Numbered from the stretch's first letter, positions 24,661-37,883 are shown. The stretch: DNA of 64,000 nt from Felis catus (GCF_018350175.1 NC_058383.1:12960001-13024000); one strand, 5' to 3'. Made by a program: numbers and translations. The notes: generated from the letters alone by a model not told the origin.

Positions 24661-25612
24661 TATTTAGTTAGGTGTTGGAGATTTGGCCTCTCTTTGTGGA
24701 GTGTGGGCACGTCGTTTCATACGTCTGCAAAATGGAAGGCTTCTAATTTATGGCTAAAATGTGGGAATTGCTTTCTCTTAATGGGAAGGTGACGAGAATG
24801 GTACTGAATTTGAAGGAGCTGGTTTGCTTCATTGACTAGAGTCAAGAAGGGAGGTTGTAGAACAGCTGCCAAGGTAAAGAAATGTTTGGGTCTTTTCATG
24901 GTTTAATTCCCAGATACTTAGACGTGACTACAGGTTCTCTCTTTAGAAATTAACTGACATAGTCTGGCCTGGGAAATTCTCCAGGCCTTCAACCAACAGT
25001 GTAGTCATAAGGCATGAATCTTTACCTTACCTAAGGCTGGGTTTCTGGAAGACTTACCTCTGGTATGTTTCCCACAGGTGAGTAGTGCACTGTTTGTGCC
25101 TGGTCCATTCACTGCCTGAGAACTTGCACGTACCTGAAGGTCCTTTAGTTTGGCTGAGCCCTTTTTGGGGTGGGGGGGTTGGGGAATGTGTAGGTGGTGG
25201 CAGCTGGGAGGAATTCCTGGGGCCTGAGGAGTACGGAATTGGGCTCGGGGCTATTCTTTAATATGAAGTTTAGAGGGAGACGTGATTGAAGACTAATGAT
25301 ATCTCCATCTACTTGATTTCTAGGAAATATTGGGTGTAAAATGATCAGAGAAAGAAGTTGTAAAAGGGATAATTATTGTTGTCAGTTATTTACTGATTAT
25401 CTGCTATGAGCCAGGCACTTTTTGTTACCATTTTTAAACATCACAGTAGACGCTGTTTTAGAGGCATATTGTCCCTGTAACTCCCACCCACCCCCAAATA
25501 ATCTCTGTTGATACAAGTACTATAGATTATCCCTTCTTCCCAAAAGCTCTCCTCCAAGATACTCTATGAATCTATAAGACCAAGTAACTGGATTATCTGA
25601 AGTGCTTTGGGC

Positions 25613-25828
25613 CACTGTTTGTTGGTGAAAGGGTGGTCTGTCCGTTAGCAGCATTGGAATCACCTGAGGAGCTTGGTGAACCTCTACTATTCCCAGGCTT
25701 TCTGAACGTGCCCTATCTGGAGATCTCCTGGTTTAGTAGGTGGCGTGGGAGGGTTTGTGGTCTATGAATCTGTATTTTGGACAACCATCCGAGGGATTCT
25801 TATTTACTACAGATTCTGAGAATCACTG
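25613..25828. mobile_element. MER5A-like MITE (diverged)
   Basis: AGCAGCATTGGAATCACCTGAGGAGCTTG...GAATCTGTATTTT...TGAGAATCACTG. Confidence 0.7.
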
Positions 25829-26490
25829 CTTTAAGCCCCTCACTTTCAGAAGCAGAACTGTTCCAATGGATGTGTTATGTTGAAATTTGTCTGTTGAAAC
25901 ACAGACCTATTGTTTAGTCCCCTGTTTCAGCCCTTTATCATCAATATCTTGGGTAAAATGACCTGCTTTAATCGGTTCCATTTCTTCTGGATGTGAGGAA
26001 GACCGGGCTCCTTTGCAGCTTAAACCACCTATATGGATAGCAGGTAGAGAGGAGGAAGGTCCAAACCTGGTGTTTTCACTTCACGCTTGCTAGGGAAGAG
26101 GTGAATTTGGACTTACCTAGAACCTGTGTTAGTTTCCATTTCCACTGGAAACTCATTGAAAATGCTAGCACTATTCATGTTTTTGGCAAAGTAAATAAAA
26201 ACAGCAGTTCAATTAAATTCATCAAACATTTATTGAGTAGCTGCTGAGGCTAAAATGTTGTGCCAAGGGGAACGGCATAGATAAGTAAAAACAGTTTCCA
26301 GCCTCTATTTAAGAGGCTGTTTTCTAATGGTGTAGTCAGGCCTGTTGTAGTCAGGCATATTTAGCTGTAACCTGCGACATGGTAGGCTCTTCTAAAAAAA
26401 TGAAGTCAAAACGAAGTGCTCTAGGAATGATGGTGTAGAAGTAGTTCATTCTGGGTAGGCCAAAGTCTTCTTCAGGGAAGTGGTCCAGGA

Positions 26491-26673
26491 CAGTGGCTCT
26501 CAACCTTGCCTGTGCTGTAGAATCACCTGGGGAGGGGGATTTTTGAAAAATCCTAATATCCAGGTCGCAGCTCATAGCCATCAGATCAGAATTTCTAGAG
26601 TTTGGACACAGGCACCCCTTATTTTTAAGGCTTCCTACATGATTTCCATGTGCAGCCAAGGCTAGAGCCACTG
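26491..26673. mobile_element. MER5B-like MITE
   Basis: Perfect 10-bp TIRs CAGTGGCTCT/AGAGCCACTG; degenerate 8-bp TSD GTCCAGGA/ATTCAGAA. Confidence 0.88.
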
Positions 26674-27187
26674 ATTCAGAAGGATAAACAGGCTGTCATT
26701 TAGAAGGGGGATAGGCAGGAAGGAAAGGCATTTGGGGCATGGAGAGAGGCCTAGAGGCAGTAGAGTGAAAGCTTTGGTTGGAGAATGCCACTCAACTCAG
26801 CGGGGTATAGGACTCTTGGAGCAAGTGCAGAGGGCAAATTATCCTGATGAGGTAAGATTGGATGAAAACATTGTGCCAATGAATTGGGAGACCTCATATT
26901 TTTGTGCTGTCTTCAGAACCCCTTCTCACCTCATATGAAAGTGGGGAATGAGGCGCTGAGAACTTCTTGCCTTCCCAGGGTGGTGGTAAGTCAGGGCAGG
27001 TAACAGGAGGTCTGCTTCCCTTTGCAAGGCTCTTTGCCTTAGATCTTCCCTGCGTGTGCCATGCTTTATATGTTCTCTTGGCATCTGTTCTTTGGCAATT
27101 TTCTTTTGTAAAAGAATAGCAAAGATAACGTAGGGTCAGAGTGGCTGGAAGGTATTGATGTTAGGCAAGACTATGGCAGTATTTCCT

Positions 27188-27392
27188 TTTTTTTTTTTTA
27201 AATCTTTATTTTTGAGAGAGAGACAGAGTGCAAGCAGGGGAGGAACAGAAAGAGATGGAGACAGAATCTGAAGCAGGCTCCAGGCTCCCAGCTGTCAGCA
27301 CAGAGCCTGACGCGGGGCTCGAACTCACAAACCGCGAGATCATGACCCGAAATAAAGTCAGATGCTTAACCTACTGAGCCACCCAGGTGCCC
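27188..27392 (-). mobile_element. CAN-SINE
   Basis: TSD GACTATGGCARTAT. Confidence 0.95.
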
Positions 27393-27954
27393 TTGACTAT
27401 GGCAATATATCTTATCTTTTTGTTACACTCCTGTGAAGGTGGTGTGGGAGAATTGATGGCCAAACTGGGGGCAGATGTTTGCAAGTCGAAGTGTGTATGT
27501 TTCTGTGCTCTTGCAGCTGCATCCATTTTGTGCCTGATTCCACTGAGGACTGTACTTTATCTGCTTATTGCTGTTTCCAGGAAGTTAATTTGCAGGTGCT
27601 ATAAATATGCACGGTTCATATACTTCATTTATTCTTTCTTCCTCGAAGCCTCTTCTCCTTATTAGGCACTTTTCATATGTATGTTTGGTGCTTGTGGGTT
27701 TTTTGTTTTTTTTTTTTAATGTCACTATTTTGATAGTAACAATAAAGGTAAAGCCACTCAGTCATGCAGGACTCTTTTGAAAAGTGCTTTGGGCTTGTGC
27801 AGCTGTGTGGCCTAAGGGGCGGTCCCTGTTGTTACAGGTAGAAAAACCAGCAGAGTTCAAGAGAGAGCTTCTTTTCTTCATTACTAGCATGGAGACTATG
27901 CATTCACAAACATAAACCTTAAAGTAGTTCATAAAATAGTTCCACCCATGTACT

Positions 27955-27990
27955 CATCCATCCATCCATCCATCCATCCATCCATCCATC
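27955..27990. repeat. (CATC)9 microsatellite
   Basis: Seen directly. Confidence 0.95.
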
Positions 27991-30900
27991 TCTATCCCTT
28001 TGGAAAAGGTTGTGCAATATAGTAGTTGAGAGTACAGACTCTGTAGTGGCCCCTCCACTTTATCAATCTCATTTTCTTTCTTCTATAAAGTGGGGATGAT
28101 AATGGTAACAACCTCACAGAGCGATTAAGAGATTAACATATGTGAAGTGTTTGAGCATAGGAAGTTCTAAGTTGTCTGCTGCTGTTCTGTTTCAGTTGCT
28201 GTTATTATTGCAAAGAAGATATAGTGACAAATAAATTCAGCCCATTAGCTTCCAGTTTTGTGATCTTAGAATTTATCAGGGGCAACAAAGGTTGGAAAGG
28301 GAGGTCTTGCTGGATCGTAGAGGGCCTTGATTCTAGGTTTTAGGATCAGTGGACAGTAAGAAGTCCCTTAGGTTTTGGCCTTGGTGAAAGATGTGCATCA
28401 GGAAGTTATTTTTACAGCTTTGTGAAAAAATAAATCTTTTGCAGAATTAGAACAGTTAGGAGGTATTTTAATGGTGCAAGGCACAATAAAACAAGGAAAT
28501 GAATGAGAGTGGTGACAACAGAAACAGACACTAACAATTGAAGACAGAATATTTCTTCTGTAGGTTGATTCTACCTGGCTTAAGAAGAGGAGATGGGAAA
28601 TTAATTTGGAACCAAAAATATTGGTGCATTAGTGCTTTCCGTCTCCATCTCCATCTTGACCAGAGGGGTGCTTGTTACATGTATATCATTGCTGGTCATA
28701 GGAGGCAGAGGGGCTAGTGCCAGGACACAGAGGTAGGTTTTTCTGTTCTGTGCTTTTACATGGCTCATTATAAACAGCACCCAATTAGCTCTTGAAGCAT
28801 GCCTGCGTGTTCTCCTCTCCACCTAATTACTTTGTGGAGCTTGGGTTCATGCATAAAGTTACCTTGATTAAACAGTAAGTTTATGGAGCTATAAATGTTC
28901 CAACACTACTTTGAGAGGGCCCTTCAGACGTTAACTATCAAGGTTTCTGTGGGTGGGCTGAGAACAGCCGCTGTGGATGTTTTCCAGATTCCCGGGGAAT
29001 GACACCTTACGTTTTCTATTCCTGTTCACATCTCGTCTTCAGCAGCCAGGAGACAATGGAGTGAAAAGATGTCACCTAACTGGAGGTTGATGGAGTGGAC
29101 CAGAAGTTCAAAATAGGCTCAAAATAGGCAAGAGACTGCACGCTCCTGTAGTCTCTCCCAGAAATGGACGTTTTTGTGGTGTGATCTGAAAGAAGAAAAA
29201 CATTCATGGCCAGACCTCACTAAATTGAACAATTGTAGGGATCGTGCAGACAGATTTGCGGGGTAGTTGGAAAGAAAGGCAGTTCCGTTATTTTTAGTCA
29301 TACAGTGGTAACATGAATAAGGATAATGAAGTATTGCCTGGCAGAACGTTTTTTGGAGATCGGCCTTCATGTATAATTAGGACTATCAATCCTTAATAGT
29401 AAGTATATTTGACTTTTTTCCCCTCTCTTTGATGGTGTGATATTATGTCTATATGCTCTCATTTGCCCTGATACCAGAATCTTTATGTCTGAGATAAAAC
29501 TTGCTTCAGCCTAGCTGGAGTCCAGATTGCCCTGGAAATTTTGAATTAACTCGAGTCCATCTGAATGTGGAGGATTTTTGAGAGGATGCCGTGGAATCAC
29601 ATGTGCACATTGCCTACTGTGATTTTACTTTACTCCCTCTCTCCACTTTGAAGGAGGGAGTCTCTCTAGTTTTGAGTTTTGGGGTACTGTTCTCGCACCT
29701 CCACCCCCAGAATGTAACCTCTTCGGGGAAGATGTTCTGTTACCCAGGGATGGTTGGAGGTGGGAGGCAGGGAGGAGTGTTTCCTGGAGCCCAGGTGCCC
29801 CTGCCTTCTTGTCTGGAAATCCATGGTTCTCAAAATGTCATATGCCTGAGGATCATTTGAGGGGCTTCTTACAAGTTCAGCAATTGTCTCCCCCGCATCA
29901 AGGGATGGGGTCAGACTCCCTAGATCTAAGAGCTGCTTTCTGCCAGATTAGGTGCAAATCCTGAATTTGACCCTGGACTGTTGTGCAGCCCACTCAGCAT
30001 TCCTTGCCTGGTAAGAGGGCAGTGGTTCCCTCAGCAGAGCTCTGAAGCTCTTTCTTTTCTTTTTTGTCCTTTTAAATTCACACTAAAGGGAGTTTTAGAT
30101 ATGCAGCAAAGCAGGAAGGAAGACTGACCTTGCCTGTCTCCAGAGTCTTGCAGAGATAAAGGAAGTGCCTGCACCTTGAGGCAGCTGGGGATTTGTGGTG
30201 TTCCAGAAGACCTCAGCTCTCAAATGGGCTCTTGGCAGCCTCACTGATAATCACAGTGTGATCGCTACTAGGCTTCCTTATTTAAGAAGCTCTTAAATTT
30301 TCTTTTCTACAGTATAAGGTTATGTCTTCACCAGCTCCTCAAGTTTTAAAAAAAGAAACAGAAGGAGGCAAAACAAATCCCAGAACATTTTTTTTCTCTT
30401 TCTAAAGGTTACAAACATAAATCATATTTGAGAACAATGAACGGACCTTATTTTTTATCTTCAGAAAGCTAGGCCTCTGGCATCTTAAAAAGAATCTTTA
30501 TTTTAGGAAGGAAGGAGACTGGTATCGCGGCAGGGTTATGCTCTGGGGATCAGGAGATTTGGCTTTGCCATGAGCTTTGCCTGGGGCTCCTTGGACAGAA
30601 CCAGTCTTCACTCTGAATCATTTACCCTCTGTGTGAAATGTGGGGGCCCTGAAGCGATTGCAGCTCTAATGTTTTATGATTCTAGTGATGGGCTCAATGC
30701 CTGCATGATGGGCATTTTCTAGATTTTGTCGCCCTACCTCACGTTTGCGAGGTGTAACGTGTGCCACCCCTCCTTGCTGCACGCGGTCTCTCTCCATCAG
30801 TGTTTTGTGAAACTGGTGTGTTCGCGCTGGGGGGACTTAAGAGAACACGTGCTTCACCTCTTCATTCATTTCACATACGAAATAGATGACGTCCCAGTTG

Positions 30901-31363
30901 ATTTTCTCCAAGGTCAGGACATAATGTGGGCTCAGTTCACCTTACTATTTGCCTTTCCCTTTCGGGTGTTTTTTAAACGGTGTGTTGCCGAATCTTCACT
31001 CCTCACCTTTGCCTGCCTTCCGTTTCCCCTGGGGCACTGAAGTATTCAGTTGTAGTTCTGGGCAAAAGTGGTCTTGTGGCCTTCAGATTTTTTTCTTTTT
31101 AATTTTTTATTATGTATTCCTTCTTGTAAGAAGAATGTGATCATGCAGTGCCAATATATTTACATACTGTATTGATAGATTGTTATTACGTGTATGTAAA
31201 TTTTATATATAAATATATATATATATTAGAGATTTCATAAAGATGATATGAGAAATAACTAAAAATAGAATATCTAATTGTGTCCCCCCCCCCCCGTACC
31301 CCAGTGGGTCAATTTATACTTTCCCTGGAGTGTGAACTTGTTTTGAAGACTATTGATCCCAGA

Positions 31364-31553
31364 TCATGGTGTGTTTAGAATTTAGATTGCTAGCTTTAGA
31401 ATTGCCTGTTGCTCTTGTTAAAAATACTAATTCTGGAACCTCAAGCCAGACCAGTGCTTGAATGAGACAGTGCCCCTTGTAGGACCTGGGAGTCTGCATT
31501 TTCAGCCACTTCTCCTGGTGCCCCTGAGGCCCAGCCAGTTGTAAGAACCATGT
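31364..31553. mobile_element. MER5A-like MITE
   Basis: CTTGTTAAAAATACTAATTCTGG...CTGGGAGTCTGCATTTT...GTTGTAAGAACCA. Confidence 0.7.
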
Positions 31554-33349
31554 GTACTTAGAAGGTACTTGAGCACGAGCCTTCTTACCCTCCACTAAAT
31601 TGACAGAAACCCAATTAATACTTGGAAAAATCACATTGGCAATTTTCATGTGATGTAAATGAGAGAGGCTAGAGACTGTATAATCAGACATGGAATTTCT
31701 CAGAATTTGAAGGTTTTTGAGGTGGTTTTTTGATTTGTAACTCCAGGTATTTGCTGTTGTGCCTCAGTCTTTTTTTTTTTCCTTTTATTAGAAACCTAAA
31801 TATTATTGAGGATCTAAAGATAATGAAGAATTAGACATTTACCAAAATGCATTTAAAAGTTACTGTTTTTAATAGTTCATGTATCTGTAAATGTGCATTT
31901 AAAAGGATATTTCAGTATCCTGGTTATTGAGCATGTACTCTCTGAAACAGTCAAGTACAATCAGTGTAAGTCACATAAACTTGTAACAGGAAATTTGTTT
32001 CTAACTGTTCACTCCAGGTCAGCATGCTCCCTGTCCTCTTGTGGGTATCAGGGTTATCTGTTCCTCTATCAGCTTTAGGAAAGCTCCTACTCAAAGCTGT
32101 AGGTAGCGAGAGTGCAGACCATTTGAGAAAATGTGATAATTAAGATTCAGCAGCTGGACTGAGGCTGAATGAATAGAAATCAGAGCAGCAGGGAAAGTGA
32201 GGGGAGCAGTTGAGCCCGTGGGAGTGAGGAAGCCATAATTCTGTCTGGGATCACCACATCTATCTCTAGTGTAGAATTCCAAAGCCGCCCCTCCTCTTGG
32301 TGTCTTCTCCTGCCTTTAGATTTGGTTAGATCTCCCTAGCATCGGGCACACTGCTGGGGTGAGATTGTGCAGCTGCCTTTGCCTAGATGCTTATTCTGGT
32401 TTGGTATTTTTAGAAAATGCTCACTTCCCCGCCAGCCTTAATTCCCAGTCTTTCAGTCTTTCTGGCAGTGAGTGTGCCAAAGGTCAGGGATTCCGGCAGA
32501 GTTTGATTCAGCTCTGCTCTCCTGGTAGCAGCTGGCACAGGCCGTGGCGCATAGAGGCTCTTGATGTGAATTGATTCAAGTATCGTGATTCAGAAGGCCC
32601 CACCTAATGGGGTCCCTGGCCACCTCTCCAGCCACAAACAGATCTGCTGCCCCCTCCCTGCATTGTTACTGCGGAGCTGTGTTTTTGTTTCTGAGGCTTC
32701 TCATTTGTTCATATTTCATCTGTTTGGAGTTCTTCCAACCTCCTCACCTTTTTACTTGGCTAATTCAGAAATATGTGTAAGTGACACATCTTTTACTCTT
32801 CCTAAACTGCATGTTTCCATGGTCTCCTCACTTCCTCCAGAATAACTTTTATCTCAGTTTTTGGTCCTTACATATTGATTATTATCCCCCCAAATTGTCT
32901 GCTTTACCAGCACAAGAATTCGGTCATCCTGCACATCACTGTTTCCTCATCGCTAAGCACAAGGTGTGGGCATGGTATGTTATCAATAAACATTTCGTGC
33001 CTGGATAAAGTTAAGTATCTAAGAAAACAATATATGCCAATTAATGGGGTGATTGGCAAGGATGTACTTGGCAATTCCAGTGGTGGTAATTGACATTGCT
33101 AGGGTTAACTGCTGGGTTCTGTGAGAAAGAATGATTAAAAATAAACAGAACAGAAATGGACCTTAAGAGCAAAACTTTTATGTGCCTGTTGATGCCTAGT
33201 GCTGGGAAAAATTTTCTGTGGTAAGTCCTTGATGGACTTATCTATATACTATAAAATATATAAAATTGATGACATTACTATGCAATAAAGTATTTACTAC
33301 ATTATACACAGTCTGAAAAACCTCAAAGGTGTCAATTCAAACATGCATC

Positions 33350-33790
33350 ATGCACTCATTCATTTATTCATTTATTCACTTAACTTTTTTTTTTTTTTGT
33401 ATGATATGTGCCAGGCACTGTTCTAGATGCTCAGGACTCACAGTGAACAAAAACACGATAATATCTCACCCGAGGGAACATGCATTCTAGTGGTAGACAT
33501 AGTCAATAAGAAAGATCAATGACTAGAATATCTAGAGTGTTAGAAGCTGATGGATGCCATGGAGGAAAATGAAAGAGGAGAAGGGGACACACAAAGTGCT
33601 GCAGTGTGTGTGTTGGAGGTGATGGGGAGCACAATTTTAGATTCAGTGGCCAGGAAAGGAGGCACTGAGAAGACAACACTTCAGTAACCGACCGACATGG
33701 GTTGCAGAAGTGAGCAGGGTGGGTATCTGCAAGATATGAGGTGTGGAGGCCATAAAGTAGGATGTGTGCTTGGCTTTTGGAATGTACTCG
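33350..33790 (-). mobile_element. L2a-like 3' fragment
   Basis: (CATT)n tail, then TATGTGCCAGGCACTGTTCTAGATGCT...CAGTGAACAAAAAC. Confidence 0.85.
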
Positions 33791-34599
33791 TTATCCTTCA
33801 TGTTTATTACATGACCAGCAGCAGCAGGTTGGGATCAAAGTGCCGTGTTTTATTAGAATCTGTAAATGTTTCCTGTCTTTGGACATTTGCTCTGGCTAAA
33901 TCCTTAGCCTGAATACTTATGTTAAGAGTATTGCATTTATTTCTTCTTACAAAGTTAGTTTGATGGAAAAGGCCCTACGGAAACCTTTCTTTCCTCTTTT
34001 GTGGGTCAGAATTTGTGCTCTGTTATCTGTACTTACCCTCTAAACTCTAGACCGTGGTGGAACCACCTCTCTCAGTGCTTGTATTCCTTGAGGGCAGGGT
34101 ATATTTCTTGTTTAACTAGTTTATACAGGTCTTATCACCCTGTCCCCTGCATGGGGACCTAATAACTTATTTTGGCTGATAATGCTAGGGCTTTTCTGTC
34201 TACTTCTGTCCCCCTTGATGGTTTCCTTATCTGTTCTCCTGTAACACTGCCTGTGAACTCATTTCATTACTTAATGAAATTTTATCTTATATTACTGCTT
34301 ATTTTGTGCAGCCGTCTTATCTCTCCAACTAGAGAGGAACTTGCATTTTCTTTCTGAACCTTACAGTGCTAGCTCATACTGGGTGTGCTATAGCATACAT
34401 CACTGATCGCTGTTGGTCAAAGTGCTTGTCTCTTCTGGGTGAATGAGCCAGTATCTTATTTTTCCAGTGTTCTCTTTTTCTGGATTATAGTCTGTATCTG
34501 GGGCTCTACTCTCCTTGGGACTTGGCCTGGATATGCCGCTGGAGGGCCCAAGGGAATAGTATAGTTACTTAAGGATAAATCCTTTGTGAATTCTTAAAT

Positions 34600-34950
34600 A
34601 GTCCAATGCAATGATCTTTGTATACTGGTTGTCTGCAGATTGACAGTTCTTCAGAGAATCGTCTGTTGACTGTTCATGCCATAAACATTGTAAATTAATC
34701 GCCCTTTCAAATTTCATTGACATTTTTTTTCTTGATGGTCATTTCTGGTCACTCAAATAGTTGCTCATTCCAAGACAGTTACTGTATGCCTGCCTACTAA
34801 AAGCGAATGGCAGAACGAAGTTCAGTTGTGGGTGCAGGACTGGGCAGTTTCTTGCTCCTCCTACAACAGGCAGTAATCAGATCTGTGTCTCAGCAGAATT
34901 ATAAATGGCCACATTTCATGACTGTCCTTAGGAATTGCTTTGCTTGGAAT
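34600..34950. promoter_or_regulatory. Putative conserved non-coding element
   Basis: Repeat-free; GATTGACAG (PBX/MEIS-like), CCATAAA (posterior HOX/CDX-like), CATTGT (SOX), AATTAAT. Confidence 0.35.
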
Positions 34951-35284
34951 ACTGTCCTGTTGTTGAAACTGCTGATGTATGTACCGCGTACTGTTTTCTC
35001 TTTGGCAGTCTACTCTGAATGGCACCAGTCGGGGATAACACTTGAATAAGTGCTGCTACTTGTCACGTGTGGTGGCCCTCTGGAGGTTGTGCATGTGACA
35101 GTAAGCAGGCCATCCGGGAGCTCCCGGTCCCTACCAGTATACCACCGCTCACTGGGTTTGCTTCCTTATCATGACTTTGCGTTTCTGGAAACCTCTCCCA
35201 TCCTGGTCCATGTCTGTTTCCTTTGCCCGCCAAATAAAAGTCCCTCTAGTTGTTGATAGTTACAGAAATACAACCGAAAGACTT

Positions 35285-35499
35285 TTTTTTTAAGTTTATT
35301 TATTTGTTTTGAGAGAAAGAGCACGAGTGCACATGCGTGTGAGTCAGGGAGGGGCAGAGAGAAAGGGAGAGAGAGAATCCCAAGCAGTCTCTGCACTATC
35401 AGAGCCAGACTCAGGGCTCGATCCCATAAACTGTGAGATCATGACCTGAGCCAAAATCAAAAGTCAAATGGTTAACTGACTGAGCCACCCAGATGCCCC
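35285..35499 (-). mobile_element. CAN-SINE (older)
   Basis: Antisense body; short TSD AAAGACTT. Confidence 0.94.
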
Positions 35500-36028
35500 G
35501 GCCCAAAGACTTGTAATAAAAAAAATAACCCCATCTTCCCATGCATAGTCAGTACCAGTTGTAAGCTAATTAAACTCAACAGTTCACAGGTTCTCTGGGA
35601 CGGACTCTAACACAGAGGCACACACTCTTCTCTTTGGGGCTTGTTGACATTTTCCAGAGCTCTTTAAATTTTGTTTTCCAGTGATACCATACTAAACAGG
35701 GTAATAGGAGGGGGAAAGTTGGGACTGTTGCTGATGTATGGAGCACACCCCTCTAGTTTACTCTAGTTGGATTTTCACAAACTATAGTGGTATTGCAGCT
35801 GTCCACCATGGGGAGCCCAAGCTTTTAGTCCCCATTGTGTGAAACTTCCTGTATCCTTGATGTTGAATTAGAGCTCATTATTGGCCTCTATAGCATGTCA
35901 GAGAATTACTTCACTTGGTTCCCTGTGTGGCTCTAGAATACTGAGTGTAGGGTGGATTTGAAGGGTCACCTTTGTCCCTACACTCCAAGAGTCACTAAAG
36001 ACTTGCTGTGATAAATCTGTAATGCCTT

Positions 36029-36250
36029 TTTTTTTTTAATTTTTTTTCAACGTTTATTTATTTTTGGGACAGAGAGAGACAGAGCATGAACGGGTGAGGG
36101 GCAGAGAGAGAGGGAGACACAGAATCGGAAACAGGCTCCAGGCTCTGAGCCATCAGCCCAGAGCCTGACGCGGGGCTCGAACTCACGGACCGCGAGATCG
36201 TGACCTGGCTGAAGTCGGACGCTTAACCGACTGTGCCACCCAGGCGCCCC
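36029..36250 (-). mobile_element. CAN-SINE, young felid subfamily
   Basis: Same diagnostic bases as 9248-9467; TSD ATCTRTAATGCCTTT. Confidence 0.98.
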
Positions 36251-36292
36251 GATCTATAATGCCTTTGATGAAGAATAAAATCATATAAACTT

Positions 36293-36514
36293 GGGGTGTC
36301 TGGGTGGTGGCTCAGTTGGTTAAGCTTCAGACTTCACCTCAGGTCATGATCTCACGGTTCGTGGGTTTGAGCCCCGCGTCGGGCTCTGTGCTGACAGTTC
36401 AGAGCCTGGAGCCTCCTTCAGATTCTGTGTCTTCTTCTCTATCTGCCCCTCCCCCACTCACAATCCGTCTCTCTCTGGTCTCTCAAAAATAAATAGATGT
36501 TAAAATTAAAAAAA
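36293..36514 (+). mobile_element. CAN-SINE
   Basis: TSD AAAATCATAYAAACTT. Confidence 0.96.
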
Positions 36515-36730
36515 AAAATCATACAAACTTATTAACCCAGACTTTGCTTTATCATTCTTCTGACTTATTAGTTTTATTCCTTGCTGAGAGCCAGAATACG
36601 GGATCATGGGCTCACAGTTACATGGGTAGTAACAGACCCAGGTTGTTTTCAAGAATTGTGCAGCTTTTGTCATCACATTGCTCACATCTCAAGTTGGAGC
36701 ATTTCTGGGTTCCACCTCTTTACCACAGAT

Positions 36731-36833
36731 TTATGGTTCTCAAAGTGTGGCCCTCAGACCAATAATGTCCTTGCTCTTCACATGGGAACATGTTCGAAAT
36801 GCAAAGTAAAAAAAAATTTTTTTAATGTTTATT

Positions 36834-36869
<36 letters not shown>

Positions 36870-37173
36870 GGCACGAGTGGGGGAGGGGTAGAGAGAGAGG
36901 GAGACACAGAATCTGAGGCAGGTTCCAGGCTCTGAGCTGTCAGCACAGAGCCCAACGCGCGGGGCTCCAACTCACAGACTGTGAGATCTTGACCTGAGGA
37001 GAAGTCCGAAGCTCAGCCCACTGAGCCACCTAGGCGCCCCTTGAAATGCAAATTTAAAGGCCCAGTCTTGACTTCCTGAATCCAAAATCTTTGGGGGTGG
37101 GAGGAAGCCAGGAGTCTTTGACTTTGTAAGCCTTCTCAAGATTGTGATACACACTCAAGTTTGAGAATCACTG
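36731..37173. mobile_element. MER5A-like MITE split by a SINE
   Basis: TGGTTCTCAAAGTGTGGCCC...GAAATGCAAA [SINE] GAAATGCAAAT...AAGTTTGAGAATCACTG. Confidence 0.82.
36817..37040 (-). mobile_element. CAN-SINE
   Basis: TSD GAAATGCAAA; internal (GA)n. Confidence 0.95.
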
Positions 37174-37178
37174 TACAT

Positions 37179-37400
37179 GGGGCGCCCGGGTGGCCCAGTT
37201 GGTTAAGCATCTGACTTCGGCTCAGGTCGTGCTCTCATGGCTCATGAGTTCAAGTTCCACATCAGGCTCTGTGCTGACAATGCAGAGCCTGCTTTGGATC
37301 CTCTGTCCCCCTCTTTCTCCCTCTTTCTCTGCCCCTCCCCAGCTGAGCTCTCTCTCTCTCTCTCTCTCCGTCTCTCAAATATAAGCACTAAAAACAAAAA
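37179..37400 (+). mobile_element. CAN-SINE
   Basis: GGGGCGCCCGGGTGGCCCAGTTGGTTAAGC head, CT tract and A tail; no clear TSD. Confidence 0.93.
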
Positions 37401-37424
37401 ATTGCTGCATAGACAGGAGTTGCT

Positions 37425-37603
37425 TTCTGTTTAGTGTCTTGAGCTTGCAAGACAGGCAGAGAGAGGGAGAGAGAGAATTCCAAGCACACTCTACACTGCC
37501 AGCGCAGAGCCTGATGTGGGGCTCGAACCCACAAACTGTGAGATCATGACCTGAGCTGAAATCAAACATTGGATGCTTAACTGATGAGCCACTTAGGCAT
37601 CCC
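37425..37603 (-). mobile_element. CAN-SINE (tail eroded)
   Basis: Antisense body GGGGCTCGAACCCACAAACTGTGAGATCATGACCTGAGC; no clear TSD. Confidence 0.92.
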
Positions 37604-37883
37604 TGATATTTTAACTTTTATATGAAGGGGTAAATAATGTCTCCCTTGAACTCTTTCTTGGTGCAGTTGATTGTCAGATACAGAAGGCTGAAGTCAGGAT
37701 GGGCTGTGACTGTGCCCCAGTGTGGACTGTTCATAGCCTTAGCCCAGGGCCCTGTGGAGACTTAGGTAGCAGCCTTGGTAACAGGTAGATAAACCTGCAG
37801 ATACAGTGAGCTTACGTAGCAAAACTTTCAAAACTCAACAGCTTTTTTTGTGTAAGTGTTTTGCTCAATGTTGGCATTTTTAA

